26,994 nucleotides of DNA, taken from IMG/VR virus record IMGVR_UViG_3300027749_000427, positions 1 to 26,994 of that record, one strand, 5' to 3'. Positions 24,314-26,994 of this stretch are shown piece after piece. The DNA is from a virus. Lineage: Duplodnaviria > Caudoviricetes. A program made the position numbers and the translations under genes. The notes under the pieces are model-generated. The model searched no databases. It saw only the letters and a list, made by a program, of their open reading frames with translations, and was not told where the DNA came from. How positions within the stretch are numbered: the stretch's first letter is position 1; each line of letters starts with the position of its first letter.

Positions 24314-24349
24314 TTGACTTTTCCTGTAGAGCCCCTAACATACACACGT
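24314..24349 (+). promoter_or_regulatory. Sigma70-type promoter with downstream ACACACGT motif
   Basis: TTGACT (24314-24319), 16 nt spacer, TAACAT (24336-24341), then ACACACGT. Confidence 0.7.
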
Positions 24350-24383
24350 ACCCCGAAGACTTTCACATTTGGGGTGTATACCT

Positions 24384-25037
24384 ATGACCATACCAGCTTG
24401 GACTTTTTCGCAGCTTGAGAAATTTGAGACTTGCCCTCGGCAGTTCTACCATGTGCGCGTCAAGCGTGATGTGACTGAGCCGCCGACGGAGGCGACCAAG
24501 TGGGGCGAGAGGGTTCACACTGCTATGGAGAACCGCATCAAAGATGGTACTACGTTGCCCGAAGGTATGGAGCAGTGGGAAGGGTTAGCTGGCAAGATTT
24601 GCAGCCTGTCAGGTGAGAAGATGGCAGAGCAGAAGATGTCGCTGGACGACTCATTCCAACCGACTGATTGGTCTGATGCATGGACTCGCGGTATTGCTGA
24701 TATGCTCATCGTGGATGGTACACGGGCGGCTACACTAGACTACAAGACAGGCAAGCGCAAGCTGACTCACCAGCTTATGTTGTATGCAGCGTATACGTTT
24801 GCGTACTACCCGCAAGTAGAGACAGTAGCTACTGGGTTTGTGTGGCTGCGTGATAAGAAAATTGACCGCGAGTTCTATAGCCGCGATGATCTACCAAAGA
24901 TATGGGGTACGTTTCTACCCAAGGTGCGTAAACTTGAATCAGCATACGAGCGTGACTCATGGCCTGCTAGACCAAGTGGGTTATGTAATGGCTGGTGTCC
25001 TGTCAGGTCATGTGAGTTCTACAAGGACAAACGGTAA
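24384..25037 (+). CDS. Cas4-like PD-(D/E)xK exonuclease
   Basis: FSQLEKFETCPRQF, GERVH, RGIAD, LDYKTGK, QLMLYA, and C-terminal CxxxCxxxxC completing a four-Cys set. Probable start ATG 24384. Confidence 0.88.
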   Translation: MTIPAWTFSQLEKFETCPRQFYHVRVKRDVTEPPTEATKWGERVHTAMENRIKDGTTLPEGMEQWEGLAGKICSLSGEKMAEQKMSLDDSFQPTDWSDAWTRGIADMLIVDGTRAATLDYKTGKRKLTHQLMLYAAYTFAYYPQVETVATGFVWLRDKKIDREFYSRDDLPKIWGTFLPKVRKLESAYERDSWPARPSGLCNGWCPVRSCEFYKDKR

Positions 25038-25339
25038 TGGCACAAACACCCGAAGGTAAAGTCAAGGATGCCGTTAAGAAGGTGCTGCACAAGCATGGCG
25101 TGTGGTACTTCATGCCCATGCAAAACGGCTTTGGGGTTGTAGGCATCCCTGACTTTATATGCTGCTGGAACGGACACTTTCTTGCAGTGGAAACCAAGGC
25201 TCCGGGTAAACGAGCACAGACAACTGAAAATCAAAAGCGTAGGATAGAGGAAATCCAAGGGCATGGCGGGTTTGCCATCGTCGTGGATGATGCGAAACAA
25301 CTTGAGGATTACATTAATTTTATAAGGAATGAATCATGA
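25037..25339 (+). CDS. VRR-NUC domain nuclease (probable Holliday junction resolvase)
   Basis: TPEGKVK, GIPDFICC, AVETKAPG, TENQ motifs. Confidence 0.9.
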   Translation: MAQTPEGKVKDAVKKVLHKHGVWYFMPMQNGFGVVGIPDFICCWNGHFLAVETKAPGKRAQTTENQKRRIEEIQGHGGFAIVVDDAKQLEDYINFIRNES

Positions 25340-25599
25340 ACAAAGGTGGAGCAGCTAAAGCAGCATACGACAAAAAGTACGAATCATCTCCTGAGCAAGT
25401 TAAGAAGCGCGAGATGCGTAACTTAGCACGGGCTGAAATGGCGCGTGATGGCAAAGTTAAAAAGGGTGATGGCAATGACGTTGACCATAAGCAGATGCTC
25501 GATGGCAGCGGCACTAACAGCAAGTCAAACTTGCGCGTAATAGACAAGGAGAAAAACCGTGGTTGGAGAAAATCAAATGGCAAAGCATATGGTAGTTAA
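25336..25599 (+). CDS. HNH-like small protein
   Basis: DVDHK...GTNSKSNLRV...NR beta-beta-alpha pattern. Confidence 0.75.
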   Translation: MNKGGAAKAAYDKKYESSPEQVKKREMRNLARAEMARDGKVKKGDGNDVDHKQMLDGSGTNSKSNLRVIDKEKNRGWRKSNGKAYGS

Positions 25600-26994
25600 A
25601 TGCTGATACGAGAAGACAAACGAGCAGTTATCTTAAAACTTAAGAATCCTAGCAAGGTAACTGTCCCGATATCAACTGCTAAGTTGGTAACACATAACGG
25701 AGAGACTTTTGTAGCTGTGCCGCACAGGCCGGATGAAGTTAAGGTACTACGTAATCTTGGCTTTAATCCTCCTGACCCGATGCAGTATTACTATAAGTGG
25801 CCCGGACGCTTTAAGCCTTTTGCTGCGCAGCTTGATACTGCGAACTTCTTGGCTATGCACGACAGGGCTTTCTGCCTCAATAGTATGGGGCTTGGTAAGA
25901 CAGTTACGACTCTGTGGGCATATGACTATATGCGTGACTCACGCCTAGTTAAACGTATGCTGGTTGTGTGTCCGCTATCGACTATGGAACGCACTTGGGC
26001 TGATGAGATATTCCGCACGTTCCCACACTTGGAAGCTAGTGTGCTGTATGGTTCACGAGAACGTAGATTGAAGTTGTTAGCGCAGCCTGCTGATATCTAC
26101 ATCATCAATACCGATGGACTTAGGACGATCAGAGAGGAACTTGCCAAGCGAGATGACATTGATCTGATTACTGTGGATGAGATGGCTATGTTTCGTAACG
26201 CATCTACTGATCGCTGGAAGGTACTCAATGCGGTGTGCAACAAACAGACACAGCGCCGCATATGGGCGTTAAGTGGTGCGCCTACTCCGCATGAGCCGAC
26301 TGATGCTTGGGCGCAGTGCCGCATCGTATGCCCGACAAACCCTGATGTACCTAAGTACTACGGGCAGTTCCGCGACATGGTGATGAAGCAAATCACACAG
26401 TTCGTATGGACTCCACGTACCAACGCTGTGGACATTGTGAAGAAGGTCATGCAGCCATCAATTCGGTACGCGCTGGACGATTGCATTGACTTGCCTGAGC
26501 AGACGTTCATAACACGCGATGCTGAGATGACCAAGGAGCAGAAAGAAGCGTACAAGCATATGCTTGAGAAGCTAACTGCTGAATATGAAGGTGGTCAGGT
26601 ACTGGCGGTTAACGAGGCGGTCAAGGCTAACAAGCTGGTGCAGATTGCTTGTGGTGTGGTCTACGGCAACGAAGGCGAACGTATTCATATACCTAATGAG
26701 CCGCGCATCGAAGTACTCAAGGAGTTAGTCGAAGGAGCAGAAGGCAAGGTCATTGTGTTCGTGCCGTTGACTGGTGTGCTGGAAGACGTGGCTGCCAAGC
26801 TGCGCGATGAGTGGAGCATTGCACTTGTACATGGCGCTACACCGAAGAACGAACGTGATGAAATATTCCGTAACTTTCAAGACTCACCTGAGCCCCATGT
26901 GTTAGTTGCAAACCCCGGCACGATGAGCCACGGGTTGACGTTGACTGCTGCCAGTATTGTGATTTGGTATGCGCCTATACACAGTAACGATATC
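25600..26994 (+). CDS. SNF2-family helicase (runs off the window)
   Basis: Not in the ORF track because it has no stop. From ATG 25600: SMGLGKT, LVVCPLS, TVDEMA, LSGAP, KVIVF, HGLTLTAAS motifs. Confidence 0.92.
   Translation, partial: MLIREDKRAVILKLKNPSKVTVPISTAKLVTHNGETFVAVPHRPDEVKVLRNLGFNPPDPMQYYYKWPGRFKPFAAQLDTANFLAMHDRAFCLNSMGLGKTVTTLWAYDYMRDSRLVKRMLVVCPLSTMERTWADEIFRTFPHLEASVLYGSRERRLKLLAQPADIYIINTDGLRTIREELAKRDDIDLITVDEMAMFRNASTDRWKVLNAVCNKQTQRRIWALSGAPTPHEPTDAWAQCRIVCPTNPDVPKYYGQFRDMVMKQITQFVWTPRTNAVDIVKKVMQPSIRYALDDCIDLPEQTFITRDAEMTKEQKEAYKHMLEKLTAEYEGGQVLAVNEAVKANKLVQIACGVVYGNEGERIHIPNEPRIEVLKELVEGAEGKVIVFVPLTGVLEDVAAKLRDEWSIALVHGATPKNERDEIFRNFQDSPEPHVLVANPGTMSHGLTLTAASIVIWYAPIHSNDI

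Noticed and set aside
24384-25037. Cas4-like gene as evidence of a CRISPR-Cas system
   Set aside because: No cas1/cas2 and no repeat-spacer array. Solo Cas4-like nucleases are common in phage replication modules.
1-26994. Stop-codon reassignment, introns/inteins or a diversity-generating retroelement
   Set aside because: Core genes are full-length under the standard code. TerL, Pol and helicase show no insertions. There is no reverse transcriptase or TR/VR pair in the window.

Overview
This window is a fragment of a tailed dsDNA phage genome (Caudoviricetes; P22/N4-type coat and short-tail adaptor genes suggest a podovirus-like virion; a proteobacterial host is inferred only from sigma70-type promoters and IHF-like boxes). 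Two arms diverge from about 11130-11690. The minus-strand arm (11127 to 1) is the late/structural module: small basic protein, ribbon-helix-helix regulator, TerS, TerL, portal, two small proteins, scaffold, major capsid, decoration protein, two adaptors, tail proteins and a truncated tail fibre. The plus-strand arm (11693 to 26994) holds early and replication genes: arrays of small translationally coupled ORFs, a MoxR-type AAA+/DUF3150-like/DUF2201-VWA module, an Nmad5-like protein, family A DNA polymerase, Cas4-like nuclease, VRR-NUC, HNH-like protein and a truncated SNF2 helicase. No integrase, rRNA, canonical tRNA or CRISPR array is visible. The most unusual signals are non-coding. (1) One RNA module is repeated three times with different but complementary outer stems in the scaffold leader. 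(2) A ~310-nt highly structured region before the first early gene contains a degenerate tRNA-like cloverleaf and a clean H-type pseudoknot. (3) Three families of 17-21-nt RBS/stop/start repeats delimit cassette-like small genes. (4) An ATACACACGT motif is shared by two distant promoters and a symmetric, IHF-flanked origin-like region. All product calls come from motif recognition by eye; no searches or folding were run.
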